A stretch of 64,000 nucleotides of DNA from Promethearchaeota archaeon (GTDB taxonomy: Archaea > Asgardarchaeota > Lokiarchaeia > Sigyniarchaeales > SOKP01). The stretch lies in assembly GCA_030603385.1 (NCBI GenBank), contig JAUVXW010000015.1:1-64000 (forward strand), written 5' to 3'. The notes under the pieces were generated by a model, which was given only the letters and a program-made list of their open reading frames with translations, had not been told where the DNA came from and ran no database searches. The position numbers and the translations under genes are program-made. How positions within the stretch are numbered: position 1 is the first letter of the stretch; the number at the start of each line of letters is the position of its first letter. Shown piece after piece: positions 1 through 10,120 of the stretch.

Positions 1-299
1 GATTTGACTTAAATATCTTTTGGATGAAGAATGGGACGATCTGACTCAAATCATTGCATTCAATAGTGATTAATTTAAGACCGATAAAATTCTTAAATAT
101 TCAAACTAGTTCTTGGCGTTAATGAGGTGAAAGATAAAAAAAAGCGGGTAGAAAGATTTTACAAGCGAATGGCGTTGAAAGACTTTATAATTCTTCATTC
201 ATTTATAAAATTACCCAGATATTCATTTTTAAAGCAAAAATAATAATATATTATTAAAAATAATTGTAATATATAGAAAAACTGTCAATCAGTATAATC

Positions 300-989
300 A
301 TGTCAAAAGAACCCCCACCAGAAAAGGAAAAAGAAAAATTAATTGTTTTTCAATATAATGATGAATTAAACGAATATCAAGAATTAGAAGTTGAGGAAGA
401 TGTACAAATGCATGAACTTTTAGATCCAGAATTTATTCTACTTTTCGTGGATCCGAAACGATATAGAATTTGGATATGGCATGGAAGTAATACCACTACT
501 AGAATGAAATTTATTGCTGCTAAATTAGCTCCAAGTATAAGAGATCGGTATGGGATTGGATTTAAAATATCAGCAGTTGATGAGGGTAATGAAACTTTAG
601 GGTTTAAAATAGCTGCGGGGTTAGAAGAGGAAGTTGATTATGCTGAAGTACAGAAAGGTCCTACGTACGAGGGAACCCGAGAAGATTTGGAATTACTTGA
701 ATCATTATCACGAGAAAAAATCTTATTACTCTTAGAAAAAGAAGGAATACCTGAAGGATATGAGAGAAAAATGGTAATAGTGAATAATAAGATATTTGGT
801 TACAAAGAATATGATAGAGATTATTTAGGATCTACAATAAAAGAAAAACAGCTTTTTCCATTAAGAGAAGATGTTGAAGATGGACCATATCTGGCAGATA
901 AATACATTCCTAGGATGCTCTTTTCTTATAATAATGTTGTTTTAACAGAACTTTTGCTGAAAAAAGATGAAAAAGATAAACAGAATTAA
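300..989 (+). CDS. Single gelsolin-repeat domain protein with a C-terminal extra domain (Asgard gelsolin-like, putative actin regulator)
   Basis: LLDPEFILLFVD..RIWIWHGSNT...KFIA...AVDEGNET.GF matches the gelsolin repeat pattern (FILD..IYVWxG..EK..A..V.QG.E...F); about 110 aa of C-terminal extension unassigned. Confidence 0.75.
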   Translation: MSKEPPPEKEKEKLIVFQYNDELNEYQELEVEEDVQMHELLDPEFILLFVDPKRYRIWIWHGSNTTTRMKFIAAKLAPSIRDRYGIGFKISAVDEGNETLGFKIAAGLEEEVDYAEVQKGPTYEGTREDLELLESLSREKILLLLEKEGIPEGYERKMVIVNNKIFGYKEYDRDYLGSTIKEKQLFPLREDVEDGPYLADKYIPRMLFSYNNVVLTELLLKKDEKDKQN

Positions 990-1218
990 AATTTTCTCTC
1001 TATGAATATACGACATAATGACTAGTACAAGATATAGAAGAAGTACCAAAAGGAAACCAAAAAGGAAAGCAAGTCTTGGTTTATTAATAATACTTTTACT
1101 TTTCCTTAGTATAATTATAAGTATTATTATTGTCGTTTTGTCATTTCCTTGAAATAGAGCGAAATAAATAAGTATAAAATTCAAAATCTTTTATCTAGTT
1201 TATCAAAATAAAAAATTA

Positions 1219-1935
1219 TTGAAAACATTGAAATTAAAGAAAGCAGATTATATTTTCTTAGTTTTAATAGTTATAATCACTATCCTTTCAATTGATTTGT
1301 TATTAAACACCTCCCACCGTAAAGCTATAGAAGATATTTCAAAATATGAATCCTTTCAAAATTTAGCTACTGGACTTCTTGTGACTTTTTGGGTTTGTTT
1401 AGTTGGAAACTTGCTTCCCGTTCCGACACCTTATACTTTTGTGGTATGCTTTTCTTCCCAACCCTTTTTACAGATAAATATTTTTGTACCTCTTCTTGTT
1501 GGGTTTATTGCTTCATTAGGGTGCTTAATTGGAGAATTAGGTGGATATATTGTCGGTAGAGGCGCTTCAGAATTAATTTCGGAAGATAGAATAGAGAATT
1601 TAAAGAAGTATCAGCAATATCTTGTTAATCATCCAAAATTGGCGCCGCTGTTAATTTATATTTTTGGACTTACTCACTTAAATGATGATATGATAACTAT
1701 TCCTTTAGGATTAATTAAATATGATGTTAAAAAAACAATCTTTTGGGTTTGGTTGGGAAAACTATGTTTAATGCTTATTTTTGCTTACAATTTGCTAAAT
1801 ATTTGTCGTTTTTTGGGAGGAGAAAATTGGATTATAAGTTTAGTTTCACTATATATAATTGTGGTTTTAGTATATCTTATGCTTAGAGTGAATTTATTTG
1901 AACGGATAAGAAGTAAAATAAGCGACTTAAACTAA
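1219..1935 (+). CDS. DedA/VTT (SNARE-associated Golgi protein) family membrane protein
   Basis: GNLLPVPTP, G..IGELGGYIVGRG, L.DD..TIPLGL.KY....F....GK motifs; multiple TM helices; TTG start. Confidence 0.8.
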   Translation: MKTLKLKKADYIFLVLIVIITILSIDLLLNTSHRKAIEDISKYESFQNLATGLLVTFWVCLVGNLLPVPTPYTFVVCFSSQPFLQINIFVPLLVGFIASLGCLIGELGGYIVGRGASELISEDRIENLKKYQQYLVNHPKLAPLLIYIFGLTHLNDDMITIPLGLIKYDVKKTIFWVWLGKLCLMLIFAYNLLNICRFLGGENWIISLVSLYIIVVLVYLMLRVNLFERIRSKISDLN

Positions 1936-2001
1936 ATTGTAAATTCAAATCTAAGAATAAGTAATTGGATTCTTACTTGATGATCAATATCTATAATCGT
2001 T

Positions 2002-2214
2002 TTAAATTTTTGAATATTTTTCAATTATGTAATTCTGTAATGTCCAAGCATATTTCTCAAGATTTAAAACTAGGATTTTTTGTTGAACTTCTCGTAAATA
2101 AGGTACATCTAATTGTTTAAATAATGATTTTAAATTATCTATAGTATCAAAAATTTTTACAATAATATTCCAATCATTTGCCCATTCATAATCCTGATAT
2201 TCTATAAGTTCCAT
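2002..2214 (-). CDS. Small hypothetical protein
   Basis: 70-aa ORF with protein-like composition filling an intergenic gap. Confidence 0.6.
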   Translation of the reverse strand: MELIEYQDYEWANDWNIIVKIFDTIDNLKSLFKQLDVPYLREVQQKILVLNLEKYAWTLQNYIIEKYSKI

Positions 2215-2337
2215 TTTAAAATCAACTCGACAATATTTTCTCTGATGGTACTCATACTATTTCAGCCTTATAAATATATAGGAATTAATAAATTTCTGAT
2301 AAATTAAAAAAAAGGAATTTAAAAGGTTTGAAAAAAC

Positions 2338-2931
2338 CTATTTAGTCATAATTACAACGGTTTCCGAGACATTTTGCATTACTCTTACTCTCTTTTTAGG
2401 ATCTCCTGAATTTTTAAGGATTCCTATGATTAGATCCAGTATTAGAAATGGAGAGCCTTTAAAGATGTTATTTACAGCATAGTTGCTGGGAGTCGCTTGC
2501 TCAAGTGTGTTTTCATCGACAGTCCTGATTTTCAACGCCATTTTCCCCAGTGTTTGACCATTATTGTATGTCTCTAAGCCCCAATGGTATAAAAATCCTA
2601 GTAGCCATCCGACTGGCACGTTAAACCACCATGCTCTAAACGGATCAAACATATTAAATGGATACCAAGGAAGAATTAATATCCATGAAAAAGTCGAGGT
2701 AATCATTAAAATTATAATACCATCGAATATCCATGCAATTATCCTTTTTAAAAAATAAGCATATATAACAGTTTCTGGTTTCAGTTTAGGTTCTTGAGTC
2801 GGCTCAGATATAACGGGAGTGGTTGTTTCGGAGGTTTCTTTTTTTTCTCTTAAGTCTGCTCCACAAGCATCACAAAAAGACGCATCTGGTTCTAATTTTT
2901 TTCCACATTTAGGGCAAAACTTTAATGCCAT
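2338..2931 (-). CDS. Zinc-ribbon plus RDD family membrane protein
   Basis: CPKCG...FCDACG ribbon; KRIIAWIFD and GQTLGKMALKIR RDD motifs. Confidence 0.85.
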   Translation of the reverse strand: MALKFCPKCGKKLEPDASFCDACGADLREKKETSETTTPVISEPTQEPKLKPETVIYAYFLKRIIAWIFDGIIILMITSTFSWILILPWYPFNMFDPFRAWWFNVPVGWLLGFLYHWGLETYNNGQTLGKMALKIRTVDENTLEQATPSNYAVNNIFKGSPFLILDLIIGILKNSGDPKKRVRVMQNVSETVVIMTK

Positions 2932-3080
2932 TTTCAGTACACCAAATTTTTACTATAAAATGTAATTTATCTTTTAAGAATTTTAAATTTATAATTTATT
3001 AAAAGGCTTTTATAGTCCATTTTTAAAACAAATAATTTAAAAAGAAATTTTTTAAGAGGAGTATATTTTAATTCAAATTG

Positions 3081-4223
3081 TTATATGTATAGCTGAAATC
3101 CTTTTTCTATTAGTTCCCTTGTTTCCTTAAAATCAGAGACATTTATTAATTTGTTTAGATCTTGAATTTCAAGTAATTCATCTTTATACTTATTCTTAAA
3201 TTCAAGAGCAAATTTCTCCATTAGCTTTTGTAATATGGCATTTTTTCTATTGGTAATTAGAACAACGGCAAATCCAAAATCGTCATAATTTACAATAATA
3301 TCTGTGTTTTTAGTTTGAAGAACATCAATTTGATTTCTTTTGTCTACAAATTCGGATAAAATATGGTTAATCCCAATAAGAATATTTCCCCAAATTGCTG
3401 CATCCAATTCATTTGGAGATTTACTAAATTTGTAAGAATATAGTAATATCCCTGATTTATGATATATATTAAGATAATATATCTTATTTGTCAGTCCTAA
3501 GAATATTTCAGGTTTTTTTAGCAGCATTACACAGAAACCGAAAATTATGATCCATAGGGAAATTATGTGTAATTCTCTAAAAATTGGAAATTTAAAGAAA
3601 ATATAAAATATATACATTAAAATAGGAATTGGGAAAAATATCGTATTTCTTATCAAATCTTTTGTTAATTTTCGATCCCTAGCTTTATTATGAATTAGAA
3701 ACGAGATAATAAAATAATAAATTACATTTAAACATTGAAAAATAGAAATTAATAACCCAGTAATGATATTATAATTATAATTTATCTGAGATGGATCTAT
3801 TATAAAGAAAGGGGGAGAATCTGAGATGTCAATGCTCATCTTAATGGAATCTGGAAGAACTAAAGCTCCAATTAATACTCCGAATAAAGTTATAAGAAAT
3901 AAAAAGAGAAAATCTGGAACTCTCTTATATTGCTTTAAAAAGAAAAAAATCAGTGTATTTAGTAATAAACTGATAGATCCAGAAAAAATAGAGAGTTTCC
4001 ATAAAACAATGTTAATTGTCTCGGAAAAAAATATTGTAATTGAAGATATATAAAGTGATGAATAAATTATAATTGCATTAAATAATGTTAAGAAATTCAA
4101 AAAAGCCATCAATTTTATTCCATAGTTTTCATGATAATGAATTATGTGAATTAGGGTAAAAACAGACACGCAAAAAATGAAAAAATACCCCACTCCTAAT
4201 GCAACAAAAAGAACAATGTACAT
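3081..4223 (-). CDS. 7TM membrane protein with a C-terminal longin-like domain
   Basis: Seven hydrophobic segments ending at KKPE, then YYLNIYHKSGILLYSYKF..IWGNILIGINHILSEF..FALEFKNKY, a longin-type pattern shared with 4440..5543 and 32388..32795. Confidence 0.7.
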   Translation of the reverse strand: MYIVLFVALGVGYFFIFCVSVFTLIHIIHYHENYGIKLMAFLNFLTLFNAIIIYSSLYISSITIFFSETINIVLWKLSIFSGSISLLLNTLIFFFLKQYKRVPDFLFLFLITLFGVLIGALVLPDSIKMSIDISDSPPFFIIDPSQINYNYNIITGLLISIFQCLNVIYYFIISFLIHNKARDRKLTKDLIRNTIFFPIPILMYIFYIFFKFPIFRELHIISLWIIIFGFCVMLLKKPEIFLGLTNKIYYLNIYHKSGILLYSYKFSKSPNELDAAIWGNILIGINHILSEFVDKRNQIDVLQTKNTDIIVNYDDFGFAVVLITNRKNAILQKLMEKFALEFKNKYKDELLEIQDLNKLINVSDFKETRELIEKGFQLYI

Positions 4224-4439
4224 GATTTAATCTAACATAGAGAAATATATTTTATCTATATACCTTGATTTACTTTATGATTTCTTCAAAATTGAAATTT
4301 CAAATTAATAGTCTAGTGAATATAATAGAACATAAGTTCATAATTAAGATTTTTTCTTATTTAATATACATTTTAGTTAAATATTAACGTACTTTTAAAA
4401 GTAAAATCCAAAACAAATTCTTAAAGATATCGATGAACC

Positions 4440-5543
4440 TTATTGTGCTATTATATAAGGGGCAAAAAATTCTGCGATTAATTCTTTAGCGTTCCTGAAC
4501 TCTGAAACATCTATTAACCCTTTCATATTTTTCAATTTTTCTCCATTCAAATTAGAAAATTTCAGCATAAAATTTCTTACTGCTTTATCTATGAAAGTAT
4601 TTTTATGATTCATCGTTAAGAGAATTGCATAATCATGGGTATTATCATACTCAAAAACTAAATCTCTATCCTTCATTTTAATAAGATTTAACTGATCCTT
4701 TCTATCAATAAAATTTGCTAAAATATGATTTATACCTATCAATATTGACCCTTTTAACAGAGAATCGTCGGTTTCCTTTCCTGTTTCAAAATTAAATGAA
4801 TATAAGAGAATACCACTCTTATGGAATATAATAAAATCAAAAACTCTATTCGTAAGTTCAATAAATAAAGTTGGTTTTTTGAATATTGTATAAGAAGCAA
4901 AAATTGCCCCCATCAGATAAATTATATAATACATATATCTAAAAACAATATATTGAGTAATAAGATGTAGTGTGTATAACAATATTATCAAAGAAAAATG
5001 AAAAGTAAGTAAACCTAGATTTCGACCCGATTTATTATCTCGGAAGTTGGAAATATTGCTAATTAAATTAAACCACATAAAAGAAAATACACCCATGTTA
5101 TAAATTATAAGAATTATTAATAATATCAGATTGTTAAATTCATAATAATAATAATCTCCACTTGCTTGAAAAATATCAATCGAATTTGAAAGAATTGTTA
5201 AACTTACAATAAGGCCACCTACAAAAGCATAGATTATTGAAGGTATACTCGTAATTCTCTTAATCTTAATAATGAAACATTGAATAATACTTAACATGCT
5301 AATGGAAGCAATCCAAATAATAATAGATAATTTCCAGAATAGCAGGGCTATAATTTCATTTAAATATGTTTCTGTCGAGAGAGTGTATAGAGAAAAAAAC
5401 ATTATTCCCAAGAATAGGTATAAAAAAATATTTAAAATAGTGTTTATGGTTGTACCATAGTTTTCCCTATTTAGATAAACATAAATGATCCCTATTAAGG
5501 AAATACAAATGGATACTATTAATAGAATTATACTAAAAATCAC
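4440..5543 (-). CDS. 7TM membrane protein with a C-terminal longin-like domain (paralog of 3081..4223)
   Basis: Seven hydrophobic segments, WKLSI in TM3, KKP, then FIIFHKSGILLYSFNF..GSILIGINHIL..IDVSEF; GTG start. Confidence 0.7.
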   Translation of the reverse strand: MIFSIILLIVSICISLIGIIYVYLNRENYGTTINTILNIFLYLFLGIMFFSLYTLSTETYLNEIIALLFWKLSIIIWIASISMLSIIQCFIIKIKRITSIPSIIYAFVGGLIVSLTILSNSIDIFQASGDYYYYEFNNLILLIILIIYNMGVFSFMWFNLISNISNFRDNKSGRNLGLLTFHFSLIILLYTLHLITQYIVFRYMYYIIYLMGAIFASYTIFKKPTLFIELTNRVFDFIIFHKSGILLYSFNFETGKETDDSLLKGSILIGINHILANFIDRKDQLNLIKMKDRDLVFEYDNTHDYAILLTMNHKNTFIDKAVRNFMLKFSNLNGEKLKNMKGLIDVSEFRNAKELIAEFFAPYIIAQ

Positions 5544-5761
5544 AGTAGTTTTTCATCTGAAATAGTGAATTTCTTTAATTAAATAAAAGATAGTAGTTCA
5601 ATATTATATAACTATTTTTATATTGTATTTGTTTTATCTGTTCATTATTATTCATATTTAATTTACAAAATGTAATTATTTAATCTATTAAATAGTAAAT
5701 AAAAAAAAAGAAATAAACACAAACTTTATTTTAAGAAAAAGTAAATTCTGTATATTTCCCA

Positions 5762-7669
5762 ATGAATGAATTTATTAAGTACTTGAAAAGAGAGGATTTA
5801 ATTCGAAAACTCCTTGAACATTATAAAGTTAATCAAATAAAGCAGATTGTAGAGGAACATTTTAATAAATTCATTGAAAAAGTCGAGGGGATAGAAGATA
5901 AAAAAGCTTCAAAGAACGAACTAAATTTATTGAATTCAAATTTCAATTCATTAGGAAAATTTTATGAAAAAACTTTGCTTCATAAAGAACGAAAGATTTT
6001 AGGTGAATTCTATACACCAAAATCTATAGTGAGGTATATCTTAGATGCCATGGGTTATAAAGACAGCAACAATATTCAGCCCAAAAAACTAATAGATATA
6101 AGTTGTGGATCTGGGAGTTTTATTATTCTTGCTATTAGAGTTTTAATTAGTAGTTGTTTTAAAAGTTTCAATAGACATGATTTTTCTGAAATATTACCCA
6201 AGGAAGCTAGAAATATCGTCTTGAGAATAAAAGAGAATATTTATGGTATAGATGTAAATCCGCTTGCTTGTATTTTATGTCAAATTAATATACATTTTGA
6301 ATTATTCGAGTTAATGAAAATTATTAAAAACAAGGATAAGAGCTATCATTTGCCAATGTTTAACATAATAAATTCTAACAGCTTAGCAAAGAATGATACT
6401 GAACAGTATGATTACGTTGTTGGTAATCCCCCTTATCTATTTATTAGAGATATTCCTAATGATCAAAAACAAATCATTAAGAAAGGTAATTTTAATACAA
6501 ACAATGGTCAATATGATTATTACCAAATTTTTATTGAGCTTGGGATACGACTCCTAAGAAGTAAAGGTATACTTGGCTATATTGTTCCAGATTCTTTATT
6601 AGCATTATCAAACCGCTCTATATTAAGAAAATATATCTATAACAACACAAAAATTAGAGAGATATATAATATTGGCCCGCAATTTGAGGATCCTATTGTG
6701 TCGAACATTATTCTTGTTTTAGAAAAAGAGTCTGATGTTCAAGAAAGAGAAAGGAACTCTATCAAAGTTAAATTTTCAAATCAAGAACAAAGAGAAATTT
6801 CTCAGAATTCCCTGAAAGAATGGGATTATAAATTTCTAATTCATCTTAGTGATGAAGATATATACATTATTAACCATCTAAACAATAAATTTCCCAAATT
6901 AAAAGATCTAATAAAAAAAGATGATTTCAAAATTTTATTGAGTAGAGGGATAGAATTAACCAAAAAAGGAGAGATTATTCTATGTGAGAATTGTAGAAAA
7001 TATTTCCCAATCCCTAAAAAGGTGCTGAATTGTCCAGAATGTAAAAATCCTCTAAAAGAAGAACAAATTGAAAAGATTATATTTGATTCAGTTCAAAATG
7101 AGGACAAAGATAAGTTTAAATTATTTATAGATTCAATTAACCGTTATCAGGTAAAAGATTATAGCTTTATTATAATTGACAAAAAGGGAATTAATTATAA
7201 AGATTTTGAAATCTATATAGACCGTATAATAATTAGACAATTAAGCCAAAATAACTTGATCTGCGCAACTTATGATAGAAATTTATCTTTAACGTCTCAA
7301 TCTTTCTATAATTTAAGGATTTGTCAATCCCCAATAATAGAGTTTAATAATCTCTACTTACTTGGAATTATTAATTCTAAACTCTTATCTTATTATTTTA
7401 TAAAATTATTTGGATCTTATAAAAAACTTTTTCCTCGGATCCTTATTGAAAAAATAAAGGATTTTCCTATTGAGGTTCCTGAGAATAACAATAAAAAGGA
7501 ATTAGCATCTAAAATAATTAAGAAAGTCGAAATTTTGCTGGATTTAAATGGAAGCGAAGTTGAGAAATCCAACATCATCCAAAAAGAGATCGATAATCTA
7601 GTTTTTGAACTTTACGAAATTCCTGATGTATATCGGGAACCTATCTTAGAGTTTATAAACAATATATAA
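5762..7669 (+). CDS. N6-adenine DNA methyltransferase, gamma class (TaqI/Eco57I-like), with a zinc ribbon in the specificity region
   Basis: GEFYTP, IDISCGSGSF (motif I), IYGIDVN, DYVVGNPPY (motif IV); C-terminal YLLGIINSKL..IDNLVFELYEI; CENC..CPEC insert. Confidence 0.9.
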   Translation: MNEFIKYLKREDLIRKLLEHYKVNQIKQIVEEHFNKFIEKVEGIEDKKASKNELNLLNSNFNSLGKFYEKTLLHKERKILGEFYTPKSIVRYILDAMGYKDSNNIQPKKLIDISCGSGSFIILAIRVLISSCFKSFNRHDFSEILPKEARNIVLRIKENIYGIDVNPLACILCQINIHFELFELMKIIKNKDKSYHLPMFNIINSNSLAKNDTEQYDYVVGNPPYLFIRDIPNDQKQIIKKGNFNTNNGQYDYYQIFIELGIRLLRSKGILGYIVPDSLLALSNRSILRKYIYNNTKIREIYNIGPQFEDPIVSNIILVLEKESDVQERERNSIKVKFSNQEQREISQNSLKEWDYKFLIHLSDEDIYIINHLNNKFPKLKDLIKKDDFKILLSRGIELTKKGEIILCENCRKYFPIPKKVLNCPECKNPLKEEQIEKIIFDSVQNEDKDKFKLFIDSINRYQVKDYSFIIIDKKGINYKDFEIYIDRIIIRQLSQNNLICATYDRNLSLTSQSFYNLRICQSPIIEFNNLYLLGIINSKLLSYYFIKLFGSYKKLFPRILIEKIKDFPIEVPENNNKKELASKIIKKVEILLDLNGSEVEKSNIIQKEIDNLVFELYEIPDVYREPILEFINNI

Positions 7670-9064
7670 TTAGAATTGTGGAATCCATTTTGCTTCCTTT
7701 TCGAACATTTCATCAACCATTTCTCGAATCTCTTGGGGAGAACAAACACTAGCCGTATTAGGATCTAACATTACAGCGTGAAATATCTTCTCTTTATTTA
7801 ATTCAAGTGCGCCTTCTACTGCTGCCTTTTGTACCATGATATTTGATAAACAGAGTGCTTGACATATTGTCGGCAATTCAATTCCCCCTTGAGGATGCAA
7901 TCCATGAGAATCTGCAAACACTGGTACTTCTACACAGCATCCTTTTGGTAGATTAGTTATTAAACTTCCTTGCTTATTAATAACATTCCCATTAAATCTG
8001 AATGGGTTATTCGTCTCCATAGCATTTATAATATGTGATGCATATTCAGTTGAAGGTTTGTTTTCTTCTCTTTTTATATCTAACTTAGGTTTATTTAACC
8101 TACGTTTAAATCTTTTTTCCATTGTTCCTTCCCAGCTAACACAATACTCATAGTAGGAACTATGTCTTAATTCTGAATATAGACCACCTATCCCACGATA
8201 TTTATCTAATATATCCTTTCTTTTTCTATAATAAGGCAAATACTCACTTAAGTGTCCACTTGATTCTGTCATGAAGAAGCCACAAGCATTCATCATATCT
8301 GCTCGTAATTTAAGATGTTCACTCAATTTTGAATTTTCCTTAATCATTTTCTTAAATTTTGGGTATGCATTTATCCAAGAAGAATATTGATCTTTTCTAT
8401 CCCAAATTTCTAAAAACCAAGCCATGTGATTGATCCCTGCACAGAAGAAGCTAAAATTCTCCCATTCCACTCCAATAGCATGCCTTAATGTATTAGCTGT
8501 TGCATGAACCCCATGACAGAGTCCGATTGTGGAATCAGGTACCAAAGTATTACAATACCAGGTATTCATTGCCATAGGATTTGTATAATTTAAAAAAAGA
8601 AGTTTGTCACTGTCTTTTCCAATATTATATCCTACATCTTGAATATCTTCCATAATTGATTTAAGAGCAGGCACAGTTCTAAGAAATCGAAATACACCTC
8701 CCGGCCCCAAAGTATCCCCTACAACTTGAGTTACACCATATTTCAGTGGGATATCAAAATCATACTTCATCACATCTAACCATCCAACTTGGATAGCATT
8801 AATTATATACTTAGCATCCTCGATTGCTTTTTTTTGATTTGTAGTTTTTTCAATTTGTACATCTTTGAGATCTTGATTGTTATCTTCTATAATTTTGCTA
8901 ATATATCTGAACATGATATCTAAACGCTCAGGATCAATATCTTCAAGGCAAATGAGTGTATCTTTTCTGAGTGCTGGAAATGTTAGGATATCAGTAAGCA
9001 CAGTTTCACCAAAAACTAAAGATCCCGCACCAATAAAGGAAATTTTTAAAATTTTTAACACCAA
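7670..9064 (-). CDS. Glycoside hydrolase family 4 (NAD+/Mn-dependent alpha-galactosidase/alpha-glucosidase)
   Basis: KISFIGAGSLVF, DTLGPGG.FR.LRT, LNYTNPM, GLCHG, AGINH, TESSGHLSEYLPY. Confidence 0.93.
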   Translation of the reverse strand: MVLKILKISFIGAGSLVFGETVLTDILTFPALRKDTLICLEDIDPERLDIMFRYISKIIEDNNQDLKDVQIEKTTNQKKAIEDAKYIINAIQVGWLDVMKYDFDIPLKYGVTQVVGDTLGPGGVFRFLRTVPALKSIMEDIQDVGYNIGKDSDKLLFLNYTNPMAMNTWYCNTLVPDSTIGLCHGVHATANTLRHAIGVEWENFSFFCAGINHMAWFLEIWDRKDQYSSWINAYPKFKKMIKENSKLSEHLKLRADMMNACGFFMTESSGHLSEYLPYYRKRKDILDKYRGIGGLYSELRHSSYYEYCVSWEGTMEKRFKRRLNKPKLDIKREENKPSTEYASHIINAMETNNPFRFNGNVINKQGSLITNLPKGCCVEVPVFADSHGLHPQGGIELPTICQALCLSNIMVQKAAVEGALELNKEKIFHAVMLDPNTASVCSPQEIREMVDEMFEKEAKWIPQF

Positions 9065-9144
9065 TAAAATTAAATTTTTTTAGGAAAAAAAATTTCCTAA
9101 AAATTATAATCTTTGCTTTAATATTATTCATTGGTGTTAATTAT

Positions 9145-9717
9145 ATGGTACGAACTGCCAGAATTACAAGAAAAACAAGCGAAACTGAAATAGAGATTAC
9201 TTTAGATTTAGATGGCTCTGGTAAAAACGAGATTGATACTGGTTTTAAATTTATGGATCATATGTTAAGATTACTTGCAACACACTCTAATAGTGACATT
9301 AAACTAAAAGCCAATGGGGATCTAACGCATCACGTTATCGAAGACATAGGAATAGTACTAGGTGAAGCCTTTAATAAGGCTTTAGGTGATAAAAAAGGAA
9401 TAAATAGATATGGTTCTGCTTTAATTCCAATGGATGAGACTCTTGCAAGATGTGTGCTAGATTTCAGTAGTCGAAAAACCCTAATTTTAGACTTGAGGTT
9501 AAAAGAATGTGATATAGAAGACGTTGCTGTCGAAGATGTTAAGCATTTCTTTAATTCATTTGCGGAAAATGCGAAAATGAACCTTCACATTCATGTCCTT
9601 TATGGAGAGGATCAGCATCATAAAGTCGAGGCTGTTTTTAAAGCGCTCGCACGAGCTATTAAGGAAGCAAAAAAAATTATATCTGATGAGATCCCTTCGA
9701 CTAAAGGAATTTTGTGA
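9145..9717 (+). CDS. hisB: Imidazoleglycerol-phosphate dehydratase
   Basis: R.T.ETEI, FMDHML, HHVIEDIGI.LG, PMDETL, DQHHKVEAVFKA, IPSTKG. Confidence 0.97.
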   Translation: MVRTARITRKTSETEIEITLDLDGSGKNEIDTGFKFMDHMLRLLATHSNSDIKLKANGDLTHHVIEDIGIVLGEAFNKALGDKKGINRYGSALIPMDETLARCVLDFSSRKTLILDLRLKECDIEDVAVEDVKHFFNSFAENAKMNLHIHVLYGEDQHHKVEAVFKALARAIKEAKKIISDEIPSTKGIL

Positions 9718-9807
9718 TCTAATATCTTCTCATGTATACTATACTTACCAATTCATACAAAAAAATTAATAACCAAAACTTAAGTTTAAAGTTTAAACAC
9801 GTATCAA

Positions 9808-9972
9808 TTATCTTCTCTTTTTAGAACGATAGGTTTTTAAAATTCTATCCCATTTATCAGCAAGCTCAGGAAGATCTGTTCGTTTAAAGAGTTTTACTGC
9901 TCGAACTAAAATTTTGGCTATATTTTCTTCACATTTTATTATATCATCTTTTATGGAGGAATCACTTATCAT
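9808..9972 (-). CDS. Putative 54-aa helical microprotein (not in the ORF track)
   Basis: My translation: MISDSSIKDDIIKCEENIAKILVRAVKLFKRTDLPELADKWDRILKTYRSKKRR*; fills the hisB-GTPase gap. Confidence 0.5.
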   Translation of the reverse strand: MISDSSIKDDIIKCEENIAKILVRAVKLFKRTDLPELADKWDRILKTYRSKKRR

Positions 9973-10120
9973 AAATAATTAATGTCTGAAAATCAATTAA
10001 AAAATAATATGGTATGCTGATGTCTACGGAAATATGACTGTAGTATTATCCTAATACCTATATTTATATTACCTAAGGATATTATATTCTTAAACTACTA
10101 TATTGTAAGTGTGATTATTT

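Noticed and set aside
942-1184. 80-aa hydrophobic ORF on the minus strand
   Set aside because: Overlaps the gelsolin gene end, starts at TTG, and its F/I/L composition is expected from A-rich opposite-strand DNA; cannot be supported
9145-9717. hisB outside a his operon
   Set aside because: Dispersed his genes are common in archaea; nothing unusual in the sequence
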